From: an uncultured Alphaproteobacteria bacterium
GTDB taxonomy: Bacteria; Pseudomonadota; Alphaproteobacteria; VGEJ01
Reading direction: 5' to 3'
NCBI GenBank assembly: GCA_913041535.1
Contig: CAJWJK010000002.1
Location: 138,793-202,792, forward strand
DNA length: 64,000 nt
Part shown: piece after piece, positions 1 to 10,341 of the stretch
Numbering within the stretch: the stretch's first letter is position 1
How the letters are laid out: the number at the start of each line of letters is the position of its first letter
Notes under the pieces: generated by a model
Told to the model about the DNA's origin: nothing
The model's database searches: none
The model's input: the letters and a program-made list of their open reading frames with translations, nothing else
Translations under genes and position numbers: made by a program

Positions 1-1537
1 TGACTAACTGCTCGGTTCGTCGTGCTTCGCCACGTACGCCGAGGTAAATACTGCTCTCAATGCTTAGTCGACCCCCTTTAGCCATAAATATCCACCCGGA
101 TCCGTCGGCCAGACGCAATAATGCTGCACTGCCTTCCTGAATCAAGGAAACATTCGTGCTCGGATGCAAATGAAATCGGACTGCAAAAGGTTTTGAGCGG
201 CCGCCGATCAGTCGATCTTCACCTTCTATCCCAGTGCCGTCTGAGGCAACTGCAATTGTGCGAGTATGACGAATATCAAATGTTTTAAGGTATCCATCAT
301 GGTGAATCTCAAGTGCTAGCCCCTCACCTGAATCGTAACGACGAGCTCTTACTGGGACAGCACGGCGGTGAACCCCACCATCAGGGGTTAACCCAACGGT
401 ATTAGTATCGCTGACAATTAACGCGGAATGAGCCGCTGTGGCACGACATGCAGTCCACCAGTCTTGTTGGTGTTTAGGTGCGGCGCCGCAATTTACCACC
501 AGTCTTTCTTGTCCAACACTGACTTCAAAGCTGGCGGCACCAGCGTGGGCATCTTTATCGAAAGGCCCCGGTGGGGGGGCTCCTGCATCTACACACACTA
601 TAAGGCGCTTAGCCTTTAATTGCTGGTAGCCGGTGCTCGCAGACGGAACTTGCAGTCCTTCATCCGTTTTAGAGCTGCGTAGAAGAGTGGCAATTGTTCC
701 GGATGATTCTTCGCTCGCTCCATTAAAAAGGGCTAGTCGGCCATCGCCATGGCGAAGGTATTGCAACATTGGTGCGATGCGATCGAGGGCGTGTGTGATG
801 AAGGATGGCATTTCTTTCTCGACTGAACGATATGCGGCTTGCAAACGAGCAAGTTCAGTGAAGGTATACAATAGTGCTGATGGGTTGCGAGACACATGCC
901 CGCCGTCGCTTAGAACCTGACGTCTCACTTCAGTCTCTATCAATCGGAGTCCGCGTGCATGTGGCCGTTCAGAGCGAGCGAGTGCCAATCCAGACAGAGC
1001 AAGTCCAGTGCCGGCTGCCAATCTTTCCTCTCCATCAGGTCCTCGGTGTGCCGTTTTTTCGAGACGGCGTATTTGAAGAGCTAGACTGGCGAGATAATTA
1101 CTTCGAAATCGCGAATCGGCGTCGCGCATTATGAAACTAGCGTGTGTGAGCCATGATGAGATTCTTCTACCAAGGACATCAGGTCGCCATGCAATTTCGT
1201 TATGTCGAGAATCAAGCCAAGTCTGGCACAACTCGCGTGCCTTATTGGATGCAGCTATGCCGCCATTGGCACTAAAATCCCTAAGCCACTCAAATGAATG
1301 TACTTCCCGCCACCAGACCGGGGAGGCTTCGTTAACCTTCCAAGGAGGATGGCCACGAAATACTCGCTCCTCTCCCAGAAAGCGGTAATGTCCGTGCAGC
1401 AGTTCATCTGCTCGCCGAGATTCGCCTGGAAAAACATCGTCGATGCTGGCAATAAACTGTGCCGACTTGCCGGCTGTACGAGCGCTATGGGTTCGCCATC
1501 GGTCAAGTATCCGGTCAGGCCAAGTGAGATGAGTCAT
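1..1537 (-). CDS. Heparinase II/III-like family protein. The N-terminus is present and the C-terminus lies beyond the window start.
   Basis: My own translation of the minus strand from the ATG at 1537..1535 gives an uninterrupted reading frame of at least 512 codons to position 1. Its N-terminus (HGHYRFLGE...HPPW...W...FEWLRDF) is typical of the Hepar_II_III family. It is absent from the ORF track because no stop codon falls inside the window. Its ATG overlaps the rpe TGA stop (ATGA). Confidence 0.6.
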   Translation of the reverse strand, partial: MTHLTWPDRILDRWRTHSARTAGKSAQFIASIDDVFPGESRRADELLHGHYRFLGEERVFRGHPPWKVNEASPVWWREVHSFEWLRDFSANGGIAASNKARELCQTWLDSRHNEIAWRPDVLGRRISSWLTHASFIMRDADSRFRSNYLASLALQIRRLEKTAHRGPDGEERLAAGTGLALSGLALARSERPHARGLRLIETEVRRQVLSDGGHVSRNPSALLYTFTELARLQAAYRSVEKEMPSFITHALDRIAPMLQYLRHGDGRLALFNGASEESSGTIATLLRSSKTDEGLQVPSASTGYQQLKAKRLIVCVDAGAPPPGPFDKDAHAGAASFEVSVGQERLVVNCGAAPKHQQDWWTACRATAAHSALIVSDTNTVGLTPDGGVHRRAVPVRARRYDSGEGLALEIHHDGYLKTFDIRHTRTIAVASDGTGIEGEDRLIGGRSKPFAVRFHLHPSTNVSLIQEGSAALLRLADGSGWIFMAKGGRLSIESSIYLGVRGEARRTEQLV

Positions 1538-2202
1538 TCAGCGACTAAGCCACGTAATGCAGCGATGTTAGTAGCATAGCAAGTTGGGCCACCAGAAAAT
1601 GAGGCGGTGCCAGCAACTAAAATGTCAGCGCCTGCTGTCACGGCTTGTTGCGCTGTTTGTATAGTTACGCCACCGTCGACCTCTAACAATACGTTCCGAT
1701 CTCCAGCGTCAATCATTTTGCGCAGCGTTTTCAGTTTCTTAAGTTGGCTTGGCATAAACTCCTGTCCACCAAAACCTGGATTGACAGTCATGACAAGCAC
1801 CAGATCAACATAATCCAAAAGGTGATCTATTGCAGATGATGGGGTGGATGGCTTTATAGCAATCCCCGCTTTGATTCCATGTGATCGAATTAGATCGATG
1901 ATGCGGCGTGGGTGAGGATCAGCTTCGACATGGATGGTGATTATATCCGCACCTGATTCGGCAAAGTCGGAAATAAATTGATGTACGGGCGCAATCATGA
2001 GGTGGACGTCTAAGGGAAGACTTGTGTGTGGTCTTACGGCGTGGACCACGTTAGCTCCCATGGTTAGGTTGGGAACAAAGTGTCCGTCCATAACATCTAT
2101 GTGGATGTAATCTGCTCCCGAAGTGTCCAGTTTACGTATTTCTTCCCCTAGTTTGGCGAAATCAGCTGCCAATATAGAGGGTGCAATCTGAACTCGGCGC
2201 AT
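1534..2202 (-). CDS. rpe: Ribulose-phosphate 3-epimerase
   Basis: 222-aa ORF. SILAADFAKLGEE...HIDVMDGHFVPNLT...MTVNPGFGGQ are hallmark motifs of Rpe. Confidence 0.9.
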   Translation of the reverse strand: MRRVQIAPSILAADFAKLGEEIRKLDTSGADYIHIDVMDGHFVPNLTMGANVVHAVRPHTSLPLDVHLMIAPVHQFISDFAESGADIITIHVEADPHPRRIIDLIRSHGIKAGIAIKPSTPSSAIDHLLDYVDLVLVMTVNPGFGGQEFMPSQLKKLKTLRKMIDAGDRNVLLEVDGGVTIQTAQQAVTAGADILVAGTASFSGGPTCYATNIAALRGLVAE

Positions 2203-2330
2203 AGTGTGAGTTACCAGCTTAGCGGCAATCCCGCAAGCGGTGGAATCAACATCCGTAGATTTTTCTAGCGTATTGGCGCAGGATACTAGGATATTCAGTC
2301 ATCTTCGCCGCAACCGTCAGTCTCGGTCGG

Positions 2331-3692
2331 TTATGGGTTAAGTGATCCATCAAACTTTAGCCTTGCTGCATAAAATCCGTCTAGACCACCAATTTGAGAA
2401 ATATCTGACGGAAGGGTGCGAAGATCCCCCAATTCTGTGATGAGGTTAGAGTCGCCACCTACTTCTTTCGGACTTATTGGTAGCCTCCTTAAACTATCGT
2501 GTGATGATAGAAGGCGTTCCACTCTCGGTTCGCATTCTTGGGGTTGCAAAGAACACACGCTGTAGACAAGTATGCCGCCCGGTGTGAGTGCATTAAGCGC
2601 AGATTCCAGAAGCGTGTCTTGAACATTGCAAAGACGTGTAACATCAGTTTCTCGCTTTAGTCGCTGAATGTCCGGATGTCTTCGGATAGTACCGGTAGCG
2701 CTACATGGTGCATCAAGCAAGACTGCTGGGTACTGAATATCTGGGCGCCACAATGCAGCATCTGCTTGTACAATATCAGCGCTAAGTTGAAGTCGGCTCA
2801 GGTTGCTTTTCAAACGAGCAAGTCGGGATGGTGAGTTGTCCAGCGCAGTAACAGAGGCGCCGCGGCTGGCAAGTTGTGCTGTTTTGCCGCCTGGTGCTGC
2901 ACAGAGATCAAGGATACGTACATTTTGTTGTTCAAGGGCGGATAGAAGCAGGTTAGCTGGCAATGCTGCTGCGGCATCCTGAACCCACCAGGCGCCTTCG
3001 GCATACCCCAGCATTTCATTTATCATTCCTTTTGGTTCATCAAGCCTTATGCTTCCCCATGGAAGCGTGCGTGCGTTGAGTTCTTGGGCCCATTTTTCTG
3101 GATCAAATTTTGTGCTCAGATCTAGCGGTGGCTCCTTGAGGTGTATCTCAGCAATTGAACGGGCTATCTGGCCACCATAGGCAGTGCTCCAGGCATCCCA
3201 CAGCCACGCTGGTGTGTTTAAGCGGGCCGCATCTTGGCAAGACAAAGATCCGCCGCCATTGTTTGATATCTTTCGTAGCAACGCATTTACGAGTCCTTTG
3301 AGTGGTCTAACATTATTGCACTGTTCGACAGCACAGGTTACGACTGCATGTGCCGGAGTGTTGAGAAATAGCAACTGCGCCACTCCAAGCCGCAGCACGT
3401 TTTCAATCCAAATGTTCTTTTTCTGAATTGGTTGGTGCAGGTGGGAGTTGATAATTGCGTCTATTTGTCCAAGCCGTCTGAGAACCGTTGCCACTAGGTA
3501 TCGGACGAAAGACCTGTCACGTTTAGACAAATCTATAGAGCTTGATGCTATTGCGGCTTCGAGAGTGCAATGATCGTGAAGAATATTGTCTAACAATAAT
3601 TTCGCGGCGTTACGAGACGCAAGGCCTTTGGTTATGCAGTCGCTCATAACTGGCCATACCACGTTGAAGTCAATAAGGATAGTTATACCCAA
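2331..3692 (-). CDS. rsmB: 16S rRNA (cytosine967-C5)-methyltransferase of the RsmB/Sun family
   Basis: 453 aa with an N-terminal NusB-like region (RNAAKLLLD). The C-terminal Rossmann fold carries LDLCAAPGGKT and the paired Cys motifs (DAPCS...SVCS). An alternative start is Met16 at 3647. Confidence 0.8.
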   Translation of the reverse strand: MGITILIDFNVVWPVMSDCITKGLASRNAAKLLLDNILHDHCTLEAAIASSSIDLSKRDRSFVRYLVATVLRRLGQIDAIINSHLHQPIQKKNIWIENVLRLGVAQLLFLNTPAHAVVTCAVEQCNNVRPLKGLVNALLRKISNNGGGSLSCQDAARLNTPAWLWDAWSTAYGGQIARSIAEIHLKEPPLDLSTKFDPEKWAQELNARTLPWGSIRLDEPKGMINEMLGYAEGAWWVQDAAAALPANLLLSALEQQNVRILDLCAAPGGKTAQLASRGASVTALDNSPSRLARLKSNLSRLQLSADIVQADAALWRPDIQYPAVLLDAPCSATGTIRRHPDIQRLKRETDVTRLCNVQDTLLESALNALTPGGILVYSVCSLQPQECEPRVERLLSSHDSLRRLPISPKEVGGDSNLITELGDLRTLPSDISQIGGLDGFYAARLKFDGSLNP

Positions 3693-3919
3693 GGAGAGGC
3701 CTAAATTAAGCGGTATAGCTTGCGGTTACATAACCAAATAATTTTAAAGCTAAGATTGTTTGTTGCCAGAATGGTTGTGATATGACTCGCGGCTTCAGTC
3801 GACGCCATAAGCATTAGATTCTATGAGCTAGCACATGTATTGTGGTGTTTAACGAATGCCTTCGTGTTAGCTATAAATTTGTTGTGAAGAACGCTATCGT
3901 TTCAAGGGTTTAGAGAAAA

Positions 3920-4408
3920 ATGACTGAATCAAACCTGCCTGAAAATCGATTTAAGGACTTGCCTCTAGTGAGTGATTCAGGTGGGAAATTTTTGACATCT
4001 CGAACTAAAGCGGGAGCAGGCCCTGTTGTACCACGGCGCGACTTCCATGTGGAAAAAGATGGGGTGAAATACGTCGGCGTGCATCTAATAGTTGATCTAA
4101 TTGGAGCTAGTCGAACCGATGATCACGCGTTGATTGAGATGACATTGCGTCAGTGCTCAATAGCTGCGGGTGCATCTCTTCTTGACCTTCAATTACATCG
4201 ATTTACACCAAATGGCGGTATTTCAGGTGTTGCAATACTGGCTGAATCTCACATCAGTTTCCATAGTTGGCCGGAAGATGGGTACGCTGCAGTAGATATT
4301 TTTATGTGCGGACAAACGCAGCCACACAGGGCCGTTGATGTGCTAAAGCGCGCGTTTCGTCCCGATCGGCTGGAACTGTTTGAACATCGGCGGGGTCGCA
4401 TGGAATGA
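3920..4408 (+). CDS. speD: S-adenosylmethionine decarboxylase proenzyme, class 1b (pyruvoyl-dependent)
   Basis: Core HLIVDL...AESHISFHSWPEDGYAAVDIFMCG matches SpeD/SpeH, including the ES|S self-cleavage site. An N-terminal extension of about 50 aa precedes the usual start, so the true start may be an internal GTG. Confidence 0.75.
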   Translation: MTESNLPENRFKDLPLVSDSGGKFLTSRTKAGAGPVVPRRDFHVEKDGVKYVGVHLIVDLIGASRTDDHALIEMTLRQCSIAAGASLLDLQLHRFTPNGGISGVAILAESHISFHSWPEDGYAAVDIFMCGQTQPHRAVDVLKRAFRPDRLELFEHRRGRME

Positions 4409-5253
4409 GCTCCTGGGTAGAAGAGAAACTTCATCAAGATTTTCGCTCTCGTCTTAAAGCAACAAAGATTCTTCATGATAGCCAAAGCGATTTTCACAGG
4501 ATCACAATTTTTGAAAATTCTATCTTTGGCCGCACACTTGCCCTTGATGAAATTATTCAGACTTCAGAGGTGGATGAGTACACATATCATGAAATGTTGG
4601 TGCATGTACCTGTCTTTGCTCATGGCGCAGTTCATTCGGTGCTGATAGTAGGAGGCGGTGATGGTGGCGCTTTGGAGGAGCTATTCAAACATCGAAATAT
4701 TGAGACGGTAACAATGGTTGAGATTGACGGACAAGTTGTGGAGCTAAGTCAGAAATGGCTTGGTGGTATCTGTGGTCAGGCCTTTTCTGACCCAAGACTG
4801 AAGCTAGTAATCGGTAATGGGGTTGATTTTGTGGCTAAGGACGAGGAGTTCTACGACCTTGTCATAATTGACTCTACAGATCCGATCGGACCTGGAGAGG
4901 CATTATTTAGTTCGAAATTTTACAGGAATTGTCGACGTAGGATGGCACCTGGCGGTGTTCTCGTAGCACAGAGTGGGGTGCCGTTCCTTCAAAGCGATGG
5001 GCTTAGGGAAAGTTATAGTTTTCTTCGCGAAAGCTTTGTGAGTGTCTCTTGCTATATAACCCATGTGCCCACCTACGTTGGTGGATTAATGTGTCTAGTT
5101 TGGGCCAGTGATGATGAGACCCTAACTAACGTCTCTGTTTCTACGCTGTCGGCTCGTTACCGCGCAGCTTCAGTCAACACTCGTCAGTATGGACCAGAAG
5201 TGCATAAAGCTGCATTTGTTTTGCCGCCATATATACAAGAGTTACTGGTCTAG
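4405..5253 (+). CDS. speE: Spermidine synthase (aminopropyltransferase)
   Basis: 282 aa with GGGDGGALEE...VEIDGQVVE...DSTDPIGPG motifs. The start overlaps the speD stop (ATGA), which indicates translational coupling. Confidence 0.85.
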   Translation: MSSWVEEKLHQDFRSRLKATKILHDSQSDFHRITIFENSIFGRTLALDEIIQTSEVDEYTYHEMLVHVPVFAHGAVHSVLIVGGGDGGALEELFKHRNIETVTMVEIDGQVVELSQKWLGGICGQAFSDPRLKLVIGNGVDFVAKDEEFYDLVIIDSTDPIGPGEALFSSKFYRNCRRRMAPGGVLVAQSGVPFLQSDGLRESYSFLRESFVSVSCYITHVPTYVGGLMCLVWASDDETLTNVSVSTLSARYRAASVNTRQYGPEVHKAAFVLPPYIQELLV

Positions 5254-5478
5254 TTAAGGATATGGGTAGGTCGGATTGGTAGTCGTGCTCCTTCGTCACA
5301 GGTGCCGTTTAAAAGATGGGATGGCCCACAGGTATAGCTACCGATATTACAAGATATGAATAGTTTTTCGGGAAGTGAAGACGAATAGGTTGGCAATGGC
5401 ATGTAAGAATTAAATTGATGAAATTTTAATCTCAAATGTAAACAGAAACTGCATGGTTAGGGCTGGAGAGCAACACTT

Positions 5479-5898
5479 ATGACTGAAGATGTGCCGCAGG
5501 GTTACCAAAGTTGGCCTTTTGACCGTGGTTTTGAACCTCTTGTGGGACCTTTATACTTACGTTTAGATGGTTCAAATGCGAAAGTTGCCTTTCGGGTTGC
5601 ATCTCATCATCTTAACATCCGCGGGCATCTTCACGGTGGAATGTTAATGACTTTAATTGACGAGGCAATTGCTATAGCAGCAACCCACTCGTTGGGATCT
5701 GACGCAGCCTTTGCCACGATTAGTCTGAATTGCGATTTTGTTGCACCTGGGGAGAAAGATGATTGGGTTGAGGCTGAGGCTGAATTGGTTCGTCACACAC
5801 GTCGCTTATTGTTCGCGCGTGCTCAGGCGGTTGTTGGGCAGAAACTTCTTGTGACTGCAAGCGGAATAAATAGGGTGTTTCATTCTGCTGGTAGCTAG
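5479..5898 (+). CDS. PaaI/YbgC-type hotdog-fold thioesterase
   Basis: 139 aa. HLHGGMLMTLIDEA is typical of PaaI-family thioesterases. Confidence 0.65.
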   Translation: MTEDVPQGYQSWPFDRGFEPLVGPLYLRLDGSNAKVAFRVASHHLNIRGHLHGGMLMTLIDEAIAIAATHSLGSDAAFATISLNCDFVAPGEKDDWVEAEAELVRHTRRLLFARAQAVVGQKLLVTASGINRVFHSAGS

Positions 5899-5908
5899 GA
5901 CCCGTATA

Positions 5909-7696
5909 TCACTCATGGGATGACGACGGTATTTCATCAGGGCTATCCATAATGCCTAAGTGGAGTTTTCCCTCAATCCGAGGAACGTCTTTTGCATCAG
6001 GCTTAAAGTACAGCGCGCGGCGCCACTGAAATTTGGCTTCCACGTGGCGGCCTACGTGCCAATAGGCGTCGCCTAAATGATCATTAATGACAGGGTCGTT
6101 AGGCACCAACGTTGCAGATCGTTCAAGCCAACTCACCGCTTGGTTGTACCTTCCGAGCCGATAATAAGCCCAACCAAGGCTGTCTGTGATGTAGCCATCA
6201 CGGGGGCGAATGCTTGTTGCTTTTCGCAGCATATTGAGCGCACGTTTGAAGTGTTTACCCTGTTCGACCCATGAGTATCCCAGATAATTTAGGACAAATG
6301 GTTGGTTTGGCTTCAATTTAAGTGCGTGTAAAAAATCAATCTCGGCACGGTTCCAGCGCCCGGATCGTTCCAAAGCAATCCCTCGGGTGTACAATAGTGC
6401 CCAATCTTTCTCTGTGGGGGTGGGTATGCGTGTGAAAGCTCTGTCGTATGCAGATATTGCTTCGTCCCAGGATTCACGAAGTCTCATCATGTCACCGAGT
6501 GCGATCAATGCATCGGTCCGACTAGGTTCATCCCGCGCCATAGCCTCAAGCAAGCGACGGGCGGATTCGGCGCGATTAAGCTGATCTAGGCTATTGGCGA
6601 TGCCAAGTTTAGCGTTCCAACTGTGTACAGAGTCTGTCCCAATGCTACGATATACTCCTAGTGCGGGTTCCCATTTCTGAAGTGATTCAAGTATTGAAGC
6701 GAGCACAAGTTTTGCCATATCAAACTCTGGGCGCAAGTGTGTGGCAATTTGGATAAAAATAATTGCATCTTCGGTTTCACCATTGTGTGCAAATTCGTTG
6801 GCTATATTAAGGCAGGCCTCGGCTAATCCCTGATGTGGAGAATTGATAAACAAGGCTACCAACGAGCCGCGATTAGCGGAGGCCAGCTTTGCTTCTACAA
6901 GTGTATTTTCTGGATCGAGTTTGAGGTAGTCCCTATAGATAGTAATTGCTTCATCAGTTCGGTTGTGCCTCTGTAAAAAATTTGCCCATGATTCAACAAC
7001 TCGTAAAGAAGCGTTCTGCGTCAGCTTCATGGATTGTCTGTAGCCGATGTCTGCAATGTCTACCAGACCAAGATAGTCCGCGATTAGTGCGCCATGAAAA
7101 GCTGCAATTTCGCGGGTTTCAGTAATCTTGCTAAGTGCCTTTAGTAGGTCAGACGCTTTACTGCTATTTCTAAGGCCAGCGTTTGCCCAAGCCTCCATAA
7201 GATTAACAAAATGAGAATTCAGACCCTGGACATCAAGGTTGTACACGAGAGTTAAAGCTCCCTTGTAGTCATTAACAGAGAGTTTTTCGATAGCGAGAAC
7301 GATTCTAGAAAGTGCTACGTGCTCTGCGCTGCTGATCAAGTTTCTTGCAATAGCGGATGCATCATTGAAATGACCAGATGCCAGCTTCATTCGCATGAGG
7401 GATTCAGCTAGGTCCACATTGTCTGGATCAGAACGCAACGCAATAAGATAGTACTTTGCAGCTTGGGAAAATTCACCGTCTGCTCGTGCCTTGGTTGCGG
7501 CGAGAAATGCTCCGGCTCGAAATTGGCTTTGGTAGCTACCTTTGATATTCTTCTTCGGAGAATGATCGATAGCCTGGCCAAACGTAGGAATGTCAGTGTC
7601 TATAGTTATATAGCCAGCCATAAGGCCTAGTATCAGAACTATAACGTGAGTTCGTTGCCAGACGGACATCCAACGGTTTTGCACATGTGCACCCAT
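5909..7696 (-). CDS. TPR-repeat protein with an N-terminal membrane anchor or signal
   Basis: 595 aa. A hydrophobic N-terminus (VIVLILGLMAGYI) is followed by many 34-residue TPR-like repeats (W-LG-Y-A-F-P patterns). Function unknown. Confidence 0.55.
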   Translation of the reverse strand: MGAHVQNRWMSVWQRTHVIVLILGLMAGYITIDTDIPTFGQAIDHSPKKNIKGSYQSQFRAGAFLAATKARADGEFSQAAKYYLIALRSDPDNVDLAESLMRMKLASGHFNDASAIARNLISSAEHVALSRIVLAIEKLSVNDYKGALTLVYNLDVQGLNSHFVNLMEAWANAGLRNSSKASDLLKALSKITETREIAAFHGALIADYLGLVDIADIGYRQSMKLTQNASLRVVESWANFLQRHNRTDEAITIYRDYLKLDPENTLVEAKLASANRGSLVALFINSPHQGLAEACLNIANEFAHNGETEDAIIFIQIATHLRPEFDMAKLVLASILESLQKWEPALGVYRSIGTDSVHSWNAKLGIANSLDQLNRAESARRLLEAMARDEPSRTDALIALGDMMRLRESWDEAISAYDRAFTRIPTPTEKDWALLYTRGIALERSGRWNRAEIDFLHALKLKPNQPFVLNYLGYSWVEQGKHFKRALNMLRKATSIRPRDGYITDSLGWAYYRLGRYNQAVSWLERSATLVPNDPVINDHLGDAYWHVGRHVEAKFQWRRALYFKPDAKDVPRIEGKLHLGIMDSPDEIPSSSHE

Positions 7697-7785
7697 GTCT
7701 TTGTAAATGCTAAGCCCCCAATTCAGTAACCGACTTTTGATAGTGGTGATGAGCTAACCATCGCGAAAATCACTTTCAAGCGAAT

Positions 7786-9441
7786 TCACATATTTGGATA
7801 ATTTGGGCCTCCGCCACCTTCAGGTACGGTCCAATTGATATTTTGGGTAGGGTCCTTAATGTCACAGGTTTTACAGTGGACACAGTTCTGGGCATTGATC
7901 TGCAATCGAGGGTCGCCACCCTCTTCTTGAACAATTTCATAAACCCCTGCCGGGCAATAACGCTGTTCGGGTGCGTCGTAGAGTAAGAGGTTGTGATCAA
8001 TTGCAGTGCTTGGCTGGGCTAGGCGGAGATGAACAGGTTGGTTTTCCTCGTGATTAGTATTAGACAGAAACACCGAAGATAGTCGGTCAAAGCTAACTTC
8101 CCCGTCGGGCTTTGGATATTCGATACTTTTACATCGCGCAGCGGGTTGAAGCGATAAGTGATCTGCGTGTTTGTGGCGGAGTGTCCAAGGAAGCTTTCCT
8201 CCAAAAAGTTTCAGATCTATAGCGCCATAAAGCAAGCCAGCAAGAAGACCATAACGAAACGCTGGACGAAAGTTTCTAACCCGATACAGTTCTTTATGGA
8301 TCCAGGAAGATTTGAGCGTTTGAGGGTAATCAGATAACTCGTCGCCGGAGCGGCCTTCCCGTAATGCTTTGAATGTTGCTTCTGCGGCAAGCATACCGCT
8401 TTTCATAGCTGTATGACTTCCCTTGATCTTTGCGACATTAAGAAAGCCAGCTGAGCATCCAATTAATGCACCGCCAGGAAAGATTAGTTGAGGAATTGAT
8501 TGAAATCCGCCTTCATTTATGGCTCTTGCACCATAAGCAATGCGCTTGCCGCCCATAAACGTTGGTCGGATCGTTGGATGTGCTTTAAATCGTTGGAATT
8601 CATCAAATGGACTTAGGTGTGGGTTTTGGTAATCAAGTCCTACAACGAAACCGACAGCAACAAGGTTGTCATTTAGGTGATACAAGAACGAACCTCCATA
8701 GGTCTGGAGATTCATAGGCCATCCCGCCGTGTGCATGACTAGTCCTGGGCGGTGAACTGAGGGGTCAACCTCCCAAAGTTCTTTCAGACCAATACCGTAT
8801 GTTTGTGGGGACTCATCACTGCGGAGGTTGAAGCGGTCTCCTAGAACTTTACTGAGAGAGCCACGACATCCCTCTGCGAACAAAGTGTACTTAGCACGAA
8901 GCTCAATTCCGCGTTCAAAAGAAGGTTTATTCTGTCCGTCTCGGTCAATGCCCATATCTCCAGTTGCAACACCGATTACAGTGCCATGAGTATCGGTTAA
9001 TATTTCTGCTGCTGCAAAACCGGGGTATATTTCCACCCCAAGTTCCTCAGCTTGAGTGGCAAGCCACCTGCATAAGTTTCCGAGGCTTATAATAAAGTTG
9101 CCATGATTACGAAGTTCTTTGGGCAAGCCAAAGTTAGGGATTTTTATGGAATTAGCGGCGGTAAGAATGTGAAATTCCTCATCTTGGACGGGAGTATTGA
9201 TCGGAGCACCAAGCGTCTTCCAATCAGGAATAAGCTCATCAAGTGCGCGTGTTTCAAGTACTGCGCCTGAAAGAATATGAGCCCCAACCTCAGAACCCTT
9301 TTCTATGATGCAAACGCTCAGATCTTGATCGTTCTCTTTAGCAAGTTGACGTAGCCGAATGGCAGCACCGAGCCCGGCTGGCCCTGCACCCACAATTAGT
9401 ACATCATACTCCATTGATTCACGTTCAGGTTGTTCACTCAT
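7786..9441 (-). CDS. Electron-transfer flavoprotein:ubiquinone oxidoreductase (ETF-QO)
   Basis: 551 aa. The N-terminal FAD fold reads [12 protein letters not shown]. The C-terminal 4Fe-4S region reads C..C..C...[15 protein letters not shown], which is characteristic of ETF-QO. Confidence 0.9.
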   Translation of the reverse strand: MSEQPERESMEYDVLIVGAGPAGLGAAIRLRQLAKENDQDLSVCIIEKGSEVGAHILSGAVLETRALDELIPDWKTLGAPINTPVQDEEFHILTAANSIKIPNFGLPKELRNHGNFIISLGNLCRWLATQAEELGVEIYPGFAAAEILTDTHGTVIGVATGDMGIDRDGQNKPSFERGIELRAKYTLFAEGCRGSLSKVLGDRFNLRSDESPQTYGIGLKELWEVDPSVHRPGLVMHTAGWPMNLQTYGGSFLYHLNDNLVAVGFVVGLDYQNPHLSPFDEFQRFKAHPTIRPTFMGGKRIAYGARAINEGGFQSIPQLIFPGGALIGCSAGFLNVAKIKGSHTAMKSGMLAAEATFKALREGRSGDELSDYPQTLKSSWIHKELYRVRNFRPAFRYGLLAGLLYGAIDLKLFGGKLPWTLRHKHADHLSLQPAARCKSIEYPKPDGEVSFDRLSSVFLSNTNHEENQPVHLRLAQPSTAIDHNLLLYDAPEQRYCPAGVYEIVQEEGGDPRLQINAQNCVHCKTCDIKDPTQNINWTVPEGGGGPNYPNM

Positions 9442-9486
9442 AATAGTCCCTCCACCATTTCATAGCGCACATGTTAAACTAGCGCG

Positions 9487-10341
9487 ATGACTCGTAAAAA
9501 GAGCTACCCAGAAGAAGCCCTCGCAACCATGCGTTGGTACATTGACGCAGGATGCGATGAGGCTGTGATGGAATGCCCTGTCAACGTATACACTGACGTT
9601 AGAAGGATAGCACCACATTCAGTGCCAGAGCGAGTGCTAGCGGAAACTGACTTTAGACAGAAACCAAAAATATTTCTCCCGTCGCAAACTTTCGAGGGGC
9701 CATCTACGCGACTGAAGGGTACGCCATCTAGCAACGAAAAACTTCTTGCTGCCCAATGTGAAAATCTGTCACAACTCCGAGAGGCGATCAGTAACTTTCA
9801 GGGCTGTGCCCTCAAGGAAACAGCAGTTAATCTAGTGTTTGGAGCTGGGAATCCATCAGCTGATTTAATGTTTGTCGGTGAGGCTCCCGGTGCTGATGAG
9901 GATCGGGAAGGTGAGCCATTTGTCGGTGCGAGTGGCCGTTTGCTTGACCAGATGATTAGTGCCATAGGGCTTCGACGTGGTGAAGTCTATATCACAAATA
10001 TTGTGCCATGGCGTCCGCCTGGGAACCGAAAACCCTCATCTGATGAGTGTTTGGCCTGCTTACCGTTCATACAGCGTCAAATTGCTCTAATTAAACCTAG
10101 GGTTCTAGTATTCTTAGGCGGTACTGCGGCCAATGCGCTAGTGGGTACAAGCCAAGGAATTACCCGCTTGCGGGGGCGATGGTTATTGTACCAAGATTCT
10201 GGAGATACATCGGGCAGCCAAGGAATACCTGCAATGCCGACTTTTCATCCAGCCTATCTTCTTCGGCAGGCCTCACTTAAGCGGGAATCTTGGCACGATT
10301 TTCTGAGTGTACGTGAGCGGCTCCGTGCCGAACAGTTATGA
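9487..10341 (+). CDS. Uracil-DNA glycosylase, family 4, with an N-terminal extension
   Basis: The GEAPGADEDREGEPFVGASGRLLD motif and the HPAYLLR C-terminal motif are typical of family-4 UDG. An N-terminal extension of about 90 aa precedes them. Confidence 0.75.
   Translation: MTRKKSYPEEALATMRWYIDAGCDEAVMECPVNVYTDVRRIAPHSVPERVLAETDFRQKPKIFLPSQTFEGPSTRLKGTPSSNEKLLAAQCENLSQLREAISNFQGCALKETAVNLVFGAGNPSADLMFVGEAPGADEDREGEPFVGASGRLLDQMISAIGLRRGEVYITNIVPWRPPGNRKPSSDECLACLPFIQRQIALIKPRVLVFLGGTAANALVGTSQGITRLRGRWLLYQDSGDTSGSQGIPAMPTFHPAYLLRQASLKRESWHDFLSVRERLRAEQL

Noticed and set aside
428-1579. Six overlapping plus-strand ORFs (428..619, 438..629, 633..920, 874..1134, 1131..1388, 1298..1579) and the minus-strand ORF 1255..1506
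   Set aside because: They sit in three different frames over a region where the minus strand carries one continuous heparinase-like reading frame of 512 or more codons. They are shadow ORFs of that gene.
2810-3019. Short ORFs antisense or out-of-frame within established genes (e.g. 2810..3019, 15730..15993, 16978..17304, 30684..31031, 41555..41944, 55028..55369)
   Set aside because: They are fully embedded in longer genes with strong homology-based support and have no motifs of their own. They are most likely spurious.
3693-3919. Possible SAM riboswitch or other leader element upstream of speD
   Set aside because: It is an AT-rich divergent promoter region. I could not recognise SAM-II or SAM-I conserved cores in it.
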